DNA of 64,000 nt from the human T2T-CHM13v2.0 reference genome, Homo sapiens (GCF_009914755.1 NC_060929.1); one strand, 5' to 3'. Positions 14,400 through 28,114 are shown, counted from the first letter of the stretch. The notes: generated from the letters alone by a model not told the origin. A program made the numbers and translations.

Positions 14400-14432
14400 T
14401 GTGTGTATGTGTGTGTGTGTGTGTATGTGTGT
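14400..14432 (+). repeat. (TG)n microsatellite
   Basis: gtgtgtatgtgtgtgtgtgtgtgtatgtgtgt. Confidence 0.9.
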
Positions 14433-14480
14433 AACTGCTAGATCCCTTTGTATTTAACCATGGGGGTAGTAGACAACTAT

Positions 14481-15114
14481 TGCTGTATTAAAAAATGTTA
14501 TGGAAAAGTGTCCTATGTGACTGGAGTTGAGATCCCGAGGCTATCCCTGATCACGACAATGACTTGAAGGAGAGAAAAATGACCATCTGCAGACATTCAG
14601 AAATCGATCTGAGACTCATGTTAGACCATGTTATTCTCTTGATAGACACAAGCCATCTCACAGAATAACAACCTCAGATGAGATCACTCTGAGGTTGTGA
14701 CAAGTTTAGATAAAATAAATCCATTTTATAATTTTGTCTAAGCACAGTCAAAAACTATGTCCATGTGGAACCCACAGATAAATAAATGACTGCTACTTCT
14801 TTAATCATTGGAATTGTGCTTTTATTCTAATCTCCTATTGTTATAGATAATATTTATTGAGATAGCCAACCACAGAATTGCCCTCACTTTCTAGATGCAT
14901 GCAATCTAGAGGGAACCCCACTTCTTTAGACTTTCCCCCAGTAACCCAACCAAAGCCCAAATCCTTCAATAGTTTCATTTAAACACCCTCTTACTGAAAT
15001 ACTCCATGGTTCTCCATGGTTCCCCATGGTGTGTATTTGCTCTTCATGCAATGAATAACAGACCCAACCTATTCAGGTGTGTTCTTGACTATATTTGACT
15101 GGAGGACATTGACA
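14481..15114 (+). mobile_element. ERV1 solo LTR, MER90-like
   Basis: ttttgtctaagcacag, cccaaccaaagcccaaatcc and terminal caggtgtgttc...ctggaggacattgaca; 5' boundary uncertain. Confidence 0.65.
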
Positions 15115-15307
15115 ACCATAATAATGGCCAAAACAACAATAATAATAACCCGCTGCTCACTTTACTATAGCCACAATCCTCTTGCTAGAAGAACACAACA
15201 CATGCTCCTTAGGATGTTTGCTGTTGCTGCTAATTCTGCCTGGAGCATTACTCACTAAATATCTGCAAGCTTCTCTCTCATTTCCTTCAGATCGATACAA
15301 AAATATA

Positions 15308-15771
15308 TGGTGGATAACAAACTACTCAGAGGCTTAAACAACATTATTTTATTCTTATTCATAATTGTATGTATTAGCTGATGGACTGATGAGCTAGACT
15401 GGGCTTAACTGGGGGTCTGTGTTCCAAGCTGCAATCCTGAAGGACTGGGATTCTTACTGTGAGTTGAGTTCCTGTATTTGTATTTTCTGGCTCCTGGTAA
15501 GGGGCTACAACTTCTCATAAGGAGTGCTTCTTCTGCAGATGATAGAGGCACAAATCGATATACTGCTCTGCACAAGTAAGTTTCAAGACTTTGTTTTCTC
15601 CACCTCTGCAAACATTCCATTGTCCAAAGCAAGTCATATCACTGAGCCCAAAGTCAAAAAGCAGGGTGGTATACCCCTCCCTTGTGGTAGAAACAGCACT
15701 GTTATATGAAAAAGGATGTGGATACATAGAGGGGTAAAGAACTGTGCCAGCCAATAACTCAATCTACCACA
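15308..15771 (-). mobile_element. MaLR LTR, MLT1G/H-like, inserted in an L2
   Basis: ataacaaactac..ggcttaaacaaca, cattccattgtccaaagcaagtca, terminal caatctaccaca. Confidence 0.75.
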
Positions 15772-16085
15772 AGATCTCCATATACATTTTCTTTGCAGAG
15801 AAATCTTTTTTGATTACCCTGCCTTAGATCAAAGATCCCCCCACTCCACCACTTTCTTATCAAACTTTAAGTAATTATAGCTACTTAAGCTGTATCTGTG
15901 TCAATATGAGTGATTGTGTGTGTGTTTATTATCTGTTTGCTGCCATCAATGCTACCTCCCGCCCCCAACCCCACACTATAATATAAACTACGAGGAGCAG
16001 AGAATCTGGTCAGGGTTGTTTATTGCTGTGTCCTCAGTGCCTAGAATAGCACCTGGTAATTGTTAAGCACTCCACTGAATATTAA
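15772..16085 (+). mobile_element. L2a 3' end (also about 15150-15290)
   Basis: aatataaactacgaggagcagag...tttattgctgtgtcctcagtgcctagaatagcacctgg. Confidence 0.7.
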
Positions 16086-16506
16086 GGACACTGATATTCT
16101 GAAGTCAACATGACAGAAACATCTCTAGACTCTGACTCTTCAGTAGGTAGGCAATGCTCCTCCTTTGCGGCCAAAGGTGGAGACTGTAAAAACAATATCA
16201 AGCTATATGTGAAATGTGAGATACAGGATTATATATTGATGTATTGTCACTTGGCTGAAATACCTTTTTTGAGATAGTAGGAAGAGAAAGATTTAGTAAT
16301 ATTTACTAATTAAAATATGGCTCATGTTTTCTTTACACAGCCTGTTTCCAATGTGGAAATGATAATAAAGAAGCAATAGAGTATTGACATACTAAATCCA
16401 ATAGGTCAGAATAAAAAAAAAAATGCCTAAATCTTAAAATAACAGTCTAAGAGCTTTACTCCAGAAAAAGTTAAATTTATATTGGTTTTCCTATATTTCT
16501 CTTCTT

Positions 16507-16723
16507 TTTTTTATTTTTTATTTTTTTAAATTTTTTTTATTATACTTTTAAGTTTTAGGGTACATGTGCACAACGTGCAGGTTAGTTACATATGTATACA
16601 TGTGCCATGTTGGTGTGCTGCACCCATTAACTCGTCATTTAACATTAGGTATATCTCCTAATGCTATCCCTCCCCCCTCCCCCAACCCCACAACAGGCCC
16701 TGGTGTGTGATGTTCCCCTTCTG
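16507..16723 (-). mobile_element. Very short L1PA3/4-like 3' end
   Basis: tatacttttaagttttagggtacatgtgcacaacgtgcagg...ccctcccccctcc; TSD tatatttct(c/t)ttctt at 16492-16506 and 16724-16738. Confidence 0.93.
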
Positions 16724-17424
16724 TATATTTCTTTTCTTAATGACCGTAATAGCCATTTGCTCTTAGAGATTTCATTGAAAATTAATGCTTCATTGAAAAA
16801 AAAATGAGTGGTTCCTGTACTCATATATCATAAAACATAAAGATGTATGGTGAAGTCGACAAGATCACTTCTTTATTTTTTAAATTTGTTAAAATGTTTT
16901 TCTTAACACAAGGTGCAGGTCTAAGTACAGTGGAGAGGTAGCAGTAATATTTAACAGTCAAGTTGAAAAACTCCCTAATTTAATTTTAAATGTTCTTGGA
17001 TAGTTCTACTTCTAATTACATAAAAGAAGAAAATAACTATATTAAAGTAAAGGTGAAAATATATTTCTTAAAAATCAAATTCATTTGAAACCTGACATTA
17101 AAATATTAAATCTATTGTGAGATCAACATTTTACCAACATTTCATAGAAAAAATTACATATACTTTTAAGCAAAACATTTGACTTATTAAAAATGACACC
17201 TCTTTACTATGTTACAAACTGTAGACAGTATTGAATATCCACATATCTGAAAGTATATTCATGTGATATAAATAAGTAACACAAATAAATATGGTGTTTT
17301 TTCCATTTTAAAATTAATACTTCTTGGCTTCAAGAAAGTTTTACGTTGAAGTTGGAATGTAAAAAAGATCAAAGATGGAAGAGTGTTAAAAGTTAATCTG
17401 TTGAGCAATGCCAAAACCTCATTA

Positions 17425-17555
17425 CGGGATTCCTTTCAGATGTTCATCCATCTTCTTTTTAAATACCCAAGAATGGTGAACTTACTGCTGCCTAAGACAC
17501 TCCATGCTAGTGTTGACAACCCATTTATGAGTAAAGTTCTTTCAATGCTCAGTCA
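17425..17555 (-). mobile_element. CR1/L3 LINE remnant
   Basis: catccatcttctttttaaatacccaagaatggtgaacttactgctgcctaagacactccat...gacaacc..gtaaagttctttc resembles the L3 motif ccagcctctgcttgaatacctcc..gagctcactacctc..agaaagttcttcct. Confidence 0.5.
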
Positions 17556-17976
17556 CCTGGAAAAATAATAACGTATAAGTTGCTGGAAATTCTCTTCTAC
17601 TGGTTATAACAGCAAAAGTATATATTCAAAATGGAGACTAAGATTCCAAAAGTTGTATCTTCAAAGGTCCTTTCAGGTCATGTGACTGCAAATGTTTGCA
17701 ACAGTTTTCTTCTTGCAATTTTTAAACGATATAATTTATACCATTTTTAAAGTTATGGAGGCTGAGATCTACAAGAAAGGGAAAAAAAGAACAATGGTGC
17801 ACAAAACTATCAATAATAAATAGTTTAGATTGAAATCTACAAGAGTTTAAACCATAGTTGAGGACTCTAATTAAGCACCCAAAGTAAAGAAGATCCGTGA
17901 TTGGGGTATCTACATCTACAAACTAAAATATATGATAACTGATCATAAAATGGAAAAAAAAGAAAGATGACAATTT

Positions 17977-18050
17977 TATTCATTCATTCATTTATTCCAA
18001 AACTATTTATTGAGCACATATTAGGTGCCAGAACCTGTGTTAGACACCTT
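17977..18050 (-). mobile_element. L2 3' end
   Basis: ttcattcattcatt...tatttattgagcacatattaggtgccagaacctgtgttagacac. Confidence 0.7.
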
Positions 18051-19328
18051 AAAGCTCATAAACACAGAGACTTTTGTAAAATCCCTATGGAAGTAAAAAA
18101 AAAAAAAAAAAAAGAGAGACTTTGTATATATAAAAAAATTGGTACCAACCTTGTCATAGAGACACTATTACAAATTTGGCTTTTACTAAAAGGTAATACA
18201 GGTGCTTGCTGTGGCATCTCAGATTGAGAACAAGGTTCATTTGTTGGTGCAATAAATTGCTAAGAGCAGTGAAATAGAAAATGACTCTACAGCTGAGTAA
18301 AGCCCTAGGTACTGAACCATCGCACTAGGTTCTACTCAATTGAGCTAATGGGTATAGAATCTAGCACTGGCTCTTGCTAAAACCTACAACTTTTCATTTA
18401 GTTAAGCAGAAAAAATATACCATGTGAAAAAATGCACCTCAGTGTAATATGCAGGTATTAATCTCTGTTAATTTTTGAGGTACAAAATAAGATCAGTAGC
18501 TTATTGGTTTGCCTTTAACATGAATTCAGTTTGAATGTGATATCATCTGTTGCTTTATTGAGAGAAAAGTAAAGATGGCTAATGCTTATAATGGCCTCTT
18601 TATTTTTCTTAGACTTAAGATAAAAATTAAACTATATGAGACTCTGACAGAAATTTCAATTCTAACTGTTTCAGAAGAACCAGAATAGACATCTCTTTTC
18701 TGAGTCTTTGTTCTTTATACTTTGGAAGAGAGAGATTTTAAATTTATTTGAAATAGTGATCTTGCAAAATCTTTCTCCTTCACAAGATTTTTCTAGTAAT
18801 TTATGGACCAAGGTGGGCCATTTAAAAATTAATTGACTATGTAGATACCATGTGTTTGGGTCCCTGGAACTATATGACATTCATAGTTGTATACATTTTT
18901 CTTAATATATTGCTAGATGATCTGTGTGAAAGTAATGCCCTTGGAGCCCACTTTCAGGAAGATATAAATAACTGTAAATGTGTTGTGCTTCATAGTACAT
19001 CTCTTTAATTGCAAATTTCTTAATTTTATTAAGGCACATAAATATTACTTATCTGCTTTTAAAGTACTACTTATAGATAATAAAAATAGAAATAGATTTA
19101 TTTTCATAAGATTAATTGTCAGGGCACATGCACATAATGTACAAAATTAACCACATTAGGGATCCAGAAAAGGATGTTATCCAAAATTCTCTTCTTTGAA
19201 TCTTGAAATTTTGAACCTCAAGAATTCTACACAAATATCCACAAGACTAGTAAATCAATGAAATTCATAAGTCAATAATTATTGTCCAGTAAATTACTGA
19301 AGATCAAAACCTGAAACATGGTTTAGAC

Positions 19329-19551
19329 CAGGAGTCTGCAAGCACTCCTACAAGTTAAATCCAGCTTGCTGTCTTTTTTTTTTTTTTTTTTTTTGGAAGT
19401 TTGTATTAGAACGCAGCCACATTCATTTCTGTACTTGCTGTCTATGACTTCTTTGGTGTTACAATGGCAGAGGTGTGTAGATGCAACAGAAAGTCCATAA
19501 AGCCTAAAATATTTACCATTTGACCCTTTACAGAAAGTATGCTCATCTTGG
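19329..19551. mobile_element. MER58A (hAT-Charlie MITE)
   Basis: caggagtctgcaagc...attagaacgcagccac...aaagcctaaaatatttaccatttgaccctttacagaaag; approximate 8-bp TSD gtttagac/gtctttac. Confidence 0.8.
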
Positions 19552-20427
19552 GTCTTTACTGTTTATTATGCTGCAATCCACGTTCTTATTAATCAATAAA
19601 TCTTATCAATACTACCTCCTAAATGAACAAATTTATTTTATTTCCTCTTTCCTATTATCTCTGCTACAAACCTAATTCAGTTCCTTATAATATAATATCT
19701 ATCTGAATTAAAGGCAGTATTTTCTTAACTGTTCCCCAGTAGCCTCTCCCTAATCAATTCATCCTTAGTCTTCCTGATGTGTGAAAACATAGCTCTATCT
19801 CCTAAACTTCTTTCTGAGAGATTGAGAAAGTTACCCAAACTTCTTTGTATCTTGTATAAAGCTCTTCCTAGTGCAGCTGTAAACTTAAATTAGCCTTACT
19901 CAATATCTTGGATGAACTCAGGGTACACTATCATTTAGCTTCCCATAACATTTTCTTTATGGCCATCTTGGTTTTGCATGTATTGTTTTCTCTACCCACC
20001 TCCTACTTAATCCACCAAACTCTGACTCATATTTTAAGTTCCTTCTTAAATGTAGCATGCATGGGTATGACTTTTCTGATTATTTATGGCATAATTGGCA
20101 GCATGTGTCAATACGTTATAATAGTACTCTAATTGTACATACCTTTTACCACATTGTATTGTATTTATTTGTATACGATCTTTATATGTCTTCTTTTCTG
20201 TGATATTATTATGAACATCTCAGTTAAAGATAAAGACCTTGATTCAATCATCTTCATATCTCCAAAGTCTAGCACAAATCCTAGAAGACAATAGTTGTAA
20301 AATTAGTGTTTCCTTAATGGATATGTATAAAAGATAGTAATAGGAATAACCTAAAATTATGAAAGTACCTTTTTATGAAGTGACTGATACAGTTAAATCA
20401 CTATTTTATTCGTTAAATGGAATGTAA

Positions 20428-20585
20428 AGTGTTCTTCTCAGAAAGATATTAACTATGTGAGGTAATACATATGTTAATTAGCTAGATTTAGTCATTCCAC
20501 AATGTATATATACTTCAAAACATCATGTTGTACATGGTAAATGCATACAATTTTATGTGCCAATGTAAAAAATAAAATAAAAATC
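20428..20585 (+). mobile_element. L1MA (MA4A/MA5-like) 3' end
   Basis: aactatgtgaggtaatacatatgttaattagctagatttagtcattccacaatgtatatatacttcaaaacatcatg followed by an A tail. Confidence 0.85.
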
Positions 20586-20789
20586 AAGAAAGAAACTACT
20601 TAACTAAAAAAAAACTGCTTTAATTTACTCTGACTTCCATTTGTTTAATAATATGCCCTAAATGAAAAAGTCAGTAATTTATTTTATTATTATAAATAGG
20701 TGGTGAATGTGTATTTGAGCATTTCCAAATTCCTAGATACATTATCTTTAATAGCTGTCATGTAGATATTTACCCCATCTATATATGTA

Positions 20790-21730
20790 TTTATTTATTT
20801 ACTCAATTAATCATCTACTGAATGAGTATTATATTCTGGAATCTGTACTACACTTTGAGAATACAATGATAAGCAAAGCAGACAGCCACTTTCCTTATAA
20901 GGCTAATCATTTAGTAGACAGACAATAAAATTAAAGAGACAATACATATTATGAGTAGGGTTTTGTAAGAAATGAACATTTCAGTGTAACAGAAGACAGA
21001 AATCAGGGATATTAAAGGAGATTGGAAAGTTTTCTGTGAGGAGGTAACATTTAAGGTGAGACAGAAAGGGTGAGGTAGAGCCAGCAGCTGTGGTAGTTGT
21101 GTTCTAAGAATATTCCAGGCAGAAGAAATAGGTTACATCTAAACTTTGATGCATCATTAAAAAAATTAACTTTTCTTTTTTCGGTACTTTATTGATATAG
21201 TTGTACATATTTTGGGTATACATGTGATGTTTTGATACCCGTATACTATAATGAGTATAATATTTGTACCCATTAACCAACTTTTCTTCATCCACCATAT
21301 CCCCCAACTTTTCCAGGCTCCAGTAGCCACCATGCTACTCTCTACTTCCATGAGATCGACTTTTTTAGTTCCCACACATATGTTTTTCAAGGAATGGAGA
21401 AAGAGTTAATGTGGTTACAAGACAGTAGTAGGGAAGAGGAGTCAAGATGGAACGGAGGGCTAAAGATTAGTTGGATTGTTCATAACCTTGAGAATAAAAA
21501 TTAGATTTATTCAAAATTTTAGGAAGTTTTGGCAGGCTTTAGTTGAAGGCCTAATGTGATGAAATTTGTGTACTAAAAAGATTATTCTGGGGGTTGCTAT
21601 ATGGAGATGGGATTGGAAGGGTAGTTAGGAGATCCAAAAATTTTGTATTGTCCTAAAAGAGTAAGAATTGACAGTGCCTTGGTCTAGGCTCCAGGGTGGT
21701 AGCAATGAGATGAGAAACTGACAATAGAGA
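20790..21730 (-). mobile_element. L2 LINE, interrupted by an L1MA fragment
   Basis: gaggaggtaacatttaaggtgagac, aagaatattccaggcagaag, aaaagattattctgg, gacagtgccttggtctagg. Confidence 0.65.
21170..21382 (-). mobile_element. L1MA (MA2/MA3-like) 3' fragment with internal deletion
   Basis: gttgtacatattttgggtatacatgtg...tttgtacccattaaccaac..ctactctctacttccatgagatc. Confidence 0.75.
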
Positions 21731-22011
21731 GGAATCATGATTGAAAATTCTAATTCATGATTGCTAAATACAGTATCTGGTATTATTAAATTAGTTTATC
21801 TTATGTGATGCTAAGATCGTAAGTTTGGTCTGAGATTGTTCTGTAAGCTTTTTTATTCTATGGCATTGTGTGTACAGAACAGGACTAAGACAGATGGATA
21901 TTCAGGAGATACTGGGTGTAATGGCATAGTTGGTTAAATGGAGTATTTTCTCTACTGAAAGTCAGTTCTCCAGAACCTGTTCACTATAAGCCCATGCAAT
22001 CATTCATTTGA

Positions 22012-22232
22012 CAGTGGGGTTGGCAACTTTTCCTTAAAGTGCCAGATAGTAAATATTTCAGACTTTATGGGCCATCCAGTCTTTGCCACAACTACTGAAC
22101 TCTGTAGTTGTAGCAACAAAGCAGTTTTAAACAATGTGTAAATGAATGGGTGTGACTATGTCTTAATAAAACTTTTTTAAAAACAGGCAGGAACCATGAT
22201 TTTGTCTTCAGGCTATGGTTGGCCTACATCTG
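22012..22232. mobile_element. MER58A, opposite orientation to the copy at 19329
   Basis: ggggttggcaactttt..gccagatagtaaatattt..gccacaactactgaactctg..aataaaactt. Confidence 0.85.
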
Positions 22233-23116
22233 ATTTATCATGTGAATAATGTACTTACCATTAACCAGACTTGTTTTAGTTGAGCCTATTATTACATTAC
22301 ACCTCATCTTACATACATCTGGATCAAAGTTAGTATTTAAGACTTTTCTAAAGAATACAACTGAAATAAATGAATACTTTTAAGAAACAACAGGGATGTT
22401 AAAATTTATCATGATTTTATCAGTGGATCTAAAAATGATAAATATTTGTTTTCATATCTCAGCCTATTTGCCCTTGAAGACCCAAATATTTATTTCTGTG
22501 GGAATTCTCACCAGCTCTTCTACTTACCCTCTAAAGAATCATTTTACCTATTCTCTATGACTTCCTAGATTTTAGTTCATAAATACATTATAGGACTCAT
22601 TCAATTTTATTACAAGTGTTCACTTATGGAACTGCCGTGTTCATCATGCTTCGAGTTTCTTGTGGGTGAGCACTATTTCTTATTTATTGGTCATTTAGTT
22701 TTCATTTTAAAACAATGCTTATTAGATACCAGCTATATATAGGTACCATTCTAAGTACTGAGGAAATAATAATGCATAACATAATATTTTGTGTTATAAT
22801 AATGATACAAAAAGCAGGGTAGTTTTTCTCACAGTAAAGCAGATATTACACAAGGGAATCGATATTTTGTATTGCAGTTTGAAAGATCTATTAAGAAATT
22901 ATAACGGATGACATAAAGAATGTCCAAGATCTGGGACAAAGCATTTTACTCTTTCCTCTCTGAAAAAAGTGTTACCATCAGCATCTACAAAGGCCCTGAG
23001 ATCAAACTGATTTTGACAAGTTATAGAAACAGAAGGAAGGGCATTATGGCTACAGAGTTGATGAGGAGTTGAGGAAATGGGCAGGAGCTGGTAGTAGAGA
23101 GCCTTACAGGCAAAAC

Positions 23117-23460
23117 TGTGGCAAATGGTATTTTCCAAAAACCACTACAGTAAACCACCTGCCTCACAGGCTCTTCCAAAACCCTGCCACTTCTCCCATC
23201 AATAAATGGCACCAAATCCCCTTTGCTGGAGCCTAGATGGGTCTTTATGACTGCCTTGAGCAATAGAATAATGCAGAAGTGACATTCTGTACATTTTAAA
23301 ACAAAGTGATATATTTTCTAGTAGGTTCTCTTTCAGGGTGCTCACCCTTGTACCTCACCCATCCTAAGAATAGGAAGCCACCTTAAGAGTCCCATGCTGA
23401 GAGGAACTGAGGCTCCTGGACTCCCACATGTAACTGACCAGCATGCAATTGCTGTTTTTG
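23117..23460 (+). mobile_element. MaLR LTR, MLT1G-like (partial)
   Basis: tgtggcaaatggtattttccaaaa, tgactgccttgagcaatagaataatgcagaagtgac, gagaggaactgaggctcc. Confidence 0.75.
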
Positions 23461-23714
23461 GGAGGGTGTACAACTGGAATGTATAAGTTAACCTCGTTTT
23501 ATAATCTGCATCTGGGACAAATAAAGTCCTTATTAAATCAATATTGATATTGATGGAATCACAGAAGGAAATGCAAGCAAGTCATAATTACAGAAATGAC
23601 TTTCTCTGGGTAAATGAGGTCATAAAACCCTAGTGACACTAATCTTAGCCATAATTTTTAAATGTACTTGTATTCGCACATTTATCACTTCATTTATCAT
23701 TTGTAATAGGCCTT

Positions 23715-25850
23715 ATTTTTTAGAGAAGGTTAGGCAAAATTGAGCAGAAGGTACAGATTTCCATGTAACTCATGTTCCCACACATCCATAGCCTCTCTCA
23801 TCATGAACATTATTTTCTTTATTTTGCATTTTGAAACATAAATTCATATTTGATCCATTGTTTCTTATATTTAAAAGTTGCCTTCAATTATTGAATGTTT
23901 TATACATTTCAAATACATTTTTATTGAAGCGTGACATGCATAATAAAACATGGACCATAATAAAAGTGCACAGGTTGATGAATTTTCACAAAGAGAACAC
24001 ATCTGTGAAGCAAGTATCTAGATTGAAAAATTAAATATTACCACAGCCCAGCTGTCCCCTCCATGCCACTCCTAATCACGAAGCCTACCCCAAAAATAAT
24101 AGCTTATCTGACTTCTAACATCATAGGTTAAGTTTGCCCAATTTGAAATGTTGAGTTAATGGAATCATACACAACAAACTGTGCTATGATTTTCATCATA
24201 CTATACTGTATAGATACATTTCATTAATTCTCATTATTATACAATATTTTCTGTATGTATTTATCACAATTTACATACATAATACTCTCGATGGATATTA
24301 GGGTTGTTTCCAACACTATGAAAAATTATTGCTGCTGGGAACATACCTAGGAGTAGAACTGTGGTGTCATAAACTGCATATACACTGCATTTAAGAAAAT
24401 GTTTCAGAGCAGTTGTATTAATTTTACTAATTTACACTCCCACCATCAGTGAGTGAGAATTCCTATTGCTCCACATTCTCACCAATGCTTCGTGTTGCTA
24501 GTCTTTTTTTATTTTAGCAATTCTGGTGAATATATAGCAGTATCACCTTGTGGTTTTATTTGCATTTCCTGGTGACTAATGCTGTTGAACACATTTTCAT
24601 ATGTTTATTGTCTATTTGGGTAGCCTCTTTTATGAAATGTCTGTCAAGTCTGTCCAGATATTCTATTAGATTGTTTACCTCCTTGTTATTGATTATAGAA
24701 AAAAATATATATATATAGACATTCATTCCAGGTATGTCCTTCCTTGCATACAAGTATTGCACATATTTTCCCCCACCGTGTGTCATAATTTTTCACTCTC
24801 TTAATTATGTCTCTCAATTAGCAGAATTTTTTTATTTAATATAATTAAATTACATTTTTTGCTTTATAATTAGTGACTTTTGGCATACTATTTGAGAAAT
24901 ATTTGTCTACCTCCAGGTAATAAAAATATTCTGCTGTGTTTCCTTTGAGAAACATTTTATAATTTGATTCAGAATCCATCTACAATTGAATTTTTGTACC
25001 AATACCTATTTTTCCCATATGTGTATCAGATTTAATCCATACCCTTATATGAATGAAACCACATTTTATGTTTTCTTTTGTGATCGATATTTTCCACTTC
25101 ATCTATTTCTTATAAGATTAAATCATGTTGCTTTATCTAGTAATAGTGTATTTTTCTCATAGCTGTATAATACCACAGTAGATCTACACCCTATCATTTA
25201 CTTATGCATTTTGCTTAGTAATATATCTAGATCACTTTTAGTTATCCAGTTGTTATAAATATTAGTGTTGTGATCACTCTTTTCAGTTGGTGCACATATG
25301 TGTGTATCTCATTGAACATATACCTAGGAGTCAAATTTATGGGTTAGATGTTAGGCACATGTTTAGATTTAGTAGTACTGAAGAAGCATTTCTCAAATAG
25401 TTTATAATTTTACTACCCAAATAGCAATATATGAATATCTGAGTTTTCTAATTCATCAAATCAATTGGTATTTGTTCTTTCTTTTACATTTTTGTTCTTC
25501 TAGTGCTATGTTGTGATATTTCTTGTCATTGTAATTTGCGTTTCTCTGATCAGAAAGCTAGTATAGTTGAATAATTTCCTGTATATTTACTGGTCATTTG
25601 AATATACTCTTTTGTGAAATCCCTATTCAAAATAATTTAAAAAATGGAAGATTACTTTGAATTATTATCTCCAAAATAAGTGAAGGGAGATAATTCTATG
25701 AGATTATTTCCCTTTTTCCTACTGATTTTTAGGTTTTTTTATTTTTAAGATTTTAAAAATATATTCTGTATGCAAGTCCTTTGTGTAATGCATGGGTTGT
25801 AACCATATTCTCTCAGCCAACAGTTTGGCCTTTTTCCTCTCTAATGGTAT
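23715..25850 (-). mobile_element. Cluster of old L1M (L1MD/L1ME-like) fragments
   Basis: gcaaaattgagcagaaggtacag; aatttacactcccaccatcagt..ctccacattctcaccaa; ttgcatttcctggtgactaatg; ORF 24556..24786 ends in L1 ORF2-like KHMKMCSTALV. Confidence 0.75.
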
Positions 25851-25855
25851 TTCTT

Positions 25856-26466
25856 TTTTTTCTTATTGTAAATTTTATGTTACAGTTTTTTTGTGTGGGT
25901 GCATAGTAAGTGTTCATATTTATGGGGTACATGATATATTTTGATACAGGCTTGCATAATAATAACTAACATCAGGGTAAATGGGGGTATCTGTCTCCTC
26001 AGGTATTTATCCTTTCTTTGTATTACAAATAATCCAATTAAACTCTTTTAGTTATTTTTAAATGGACAATAAATTATCATTGACTGTAGACAGCCTGTTG
26101 TGCTATCAAATACTAGATCTTATTCATTCTACCTAGGTATATTTTTGTACCCATTAACCATCTCTACTACCCCCAACCCCACTAACCTTTCCAGCCTCTG
26201 GTAACCATTGTTCCACTCTCTATCTTGATGAGTTCAACTGTTTTAATTTTCAGCTTCCAGAAATAAGTGAGAACATGAAAAATTTGTCTTTCTGTGCCTG
26301 GCTTATTTCATTTAACATAATTACCTCCAGTTTCATCCATGTTGTAAATGCCAGAATCTCATTATTTTATGGCTGAATAGTACTCAGTTGTGTATACATA
26401 CCACATGTTCTTTATCCATTTGTCTATTAATGGACACTTGGGTTGTTTTCAAATCTTGGCTATTGT
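25856..26466 (-). mobile_element. L1MA1/2-like 3' end nested in older L1
   Basis: tatttatggggtacatg..tgctatcaaatactagatcttattcattct; TSD taatggt(a/g)tttctt at 25842-25855 and 26467-26480. Confidence 0.88.
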
Positions 26467-28114
26467 TAATGGTGTTTCTTAATAATATTTATAAAGACAA
26501 TCTGGTCTAATTTTTTCATTTAAAAATTTTTGAGATAGCACTTTTGTCTAAAGAAAAAAATCTTTGCTAATCTCCAAATTATGATTTCTTTCTCTTTTCT
26601 TTTAAATATCCCACGTATTAATAATGAATAAAAATCCTGTCTTACACTCTGTAAGAGTCATAATCAGACTGAGTCATAATAGGTTATAGCAACAGGGTTT
26701 TGGCATGAATAATTACAAAAACATATCAAATGTGTGTGTTTCTCTGTGCCAACCCCAACTGTGTTCTTTTTACTAATAAAATACCTTGAAAGTACCTATT
26801 TCTACCAAGTTCCAAGAGTAGGATACCTCTTATTTCATGGTTAGCATTTGATTAACTTTCTGATGATCTGAAAGTTTAAAGGAGCTGGAATGAACCAGTT
26901 CTATAATTGTCATTTTTATTTCTGAGATTTATATTACCAAATATGGACTACAGATCTAAAACTGGGGTCTGTGTAGTCAAGGGAACTGGGAAAGGAAAGT
27001 TAAACTTTATTCCTTAAGGTTTATGAATTGTCTAATTCCTTCCAAGTGCTTCATTCTCACTGATTAAGAACCCCCCTTTGAAACGGTAGACTGTTTTCAA
27101 GTGTAAGTTTGACAGAAGTTTTTTAAAGGCTCTTTTTCTTAATGACATGCACAGACAGATTCACATACAACAGATGCTCGGTCACTCACTCAAACTTCTG
27201 ATCATTTTCCAACACTTCAGACTGAATGATTTTGACTGCCATTTGTTCCAGACCAAAGACTTTAAGGCCAGAAGCAAATGTCTTTTAAATTCCATGTGAT
27301 TAATGTCCCCCAACAGTGTATTTGTCACTTCCAAAAACTCCACATGTTGTTCTCCAAGGCAAACCTACCCTAAACTGATCTGGAGAAGAAATGAGGCATG
27401 TTGAATAAGCACTGTTAGATTTTAATGTTACTGAAACTCAGTAATCCTCACTGTTGGAAATTAAACATCAAGTTCCTGAAGCAGAGATAGGAACTAAAAT
27501 CTTACCTCATTTTTTTTCTTATGTGTAGGTTCACTAAGAAAGGTGATGGCACCAATGTGTCAATTTGATCAATGAATAATAAATAATGTGTTACGTCATG
27601 TAGATGTCATGTAGTAGAATGAACCCTGTTTCATCAAGTTTGCGTACAATTGCTAAGAGAAATAAGATCAAATTTCTAATTTGGCAATGTTCTGAGAAAG
27701 GCAACCTATCATTTTTTTTTTGTTCCCCCACCCCCTTAGCGTTTCAAGCTCTCAATTCTATCCTTCTCAGCAAAATGAATTTTAAGCTTAAAAACTCTTC
27801 TTACCTTAGAATTATGCTTTTTACTGTGTGATCTGGGACACTGAAATGAAAATGGAAGCTATTCATTCACCTTTAAACACCATAAAACTCATTTTTATAA
27901 AATTCACTTTTAACTCATGATATTACTTAAACACAATTTACTTAGTGCCATGGGAAATGCAGGAAATAAGAATCGATCCCTTGGAACTCATAAAACTCTT
28001 TCCTTTTTAAGCTCATCTATTAAATATCTCTTCTGTGAAAAGATAACAGAAAACAATTTTATGTTGATATTATCAGATACTCAGGCTCCGGATGGAACAG
28101 AGAAAATCCCCTAG

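Noticed and set aside
18319-18352. Second tRNA-like half (minus strand ttagctcaattgagtagaacctagtgc)
   Set aside because: About 8 mismatches in 30 nt to tRNA-Ile and no clear TSD; could be chance.
19329-22232. Two inverted MER58A copies as ends of a composite transposon
   Set aside because: Each copy has its own two termini, and the intervening DNA is L2/L1 debris; independent insertions are simpler.
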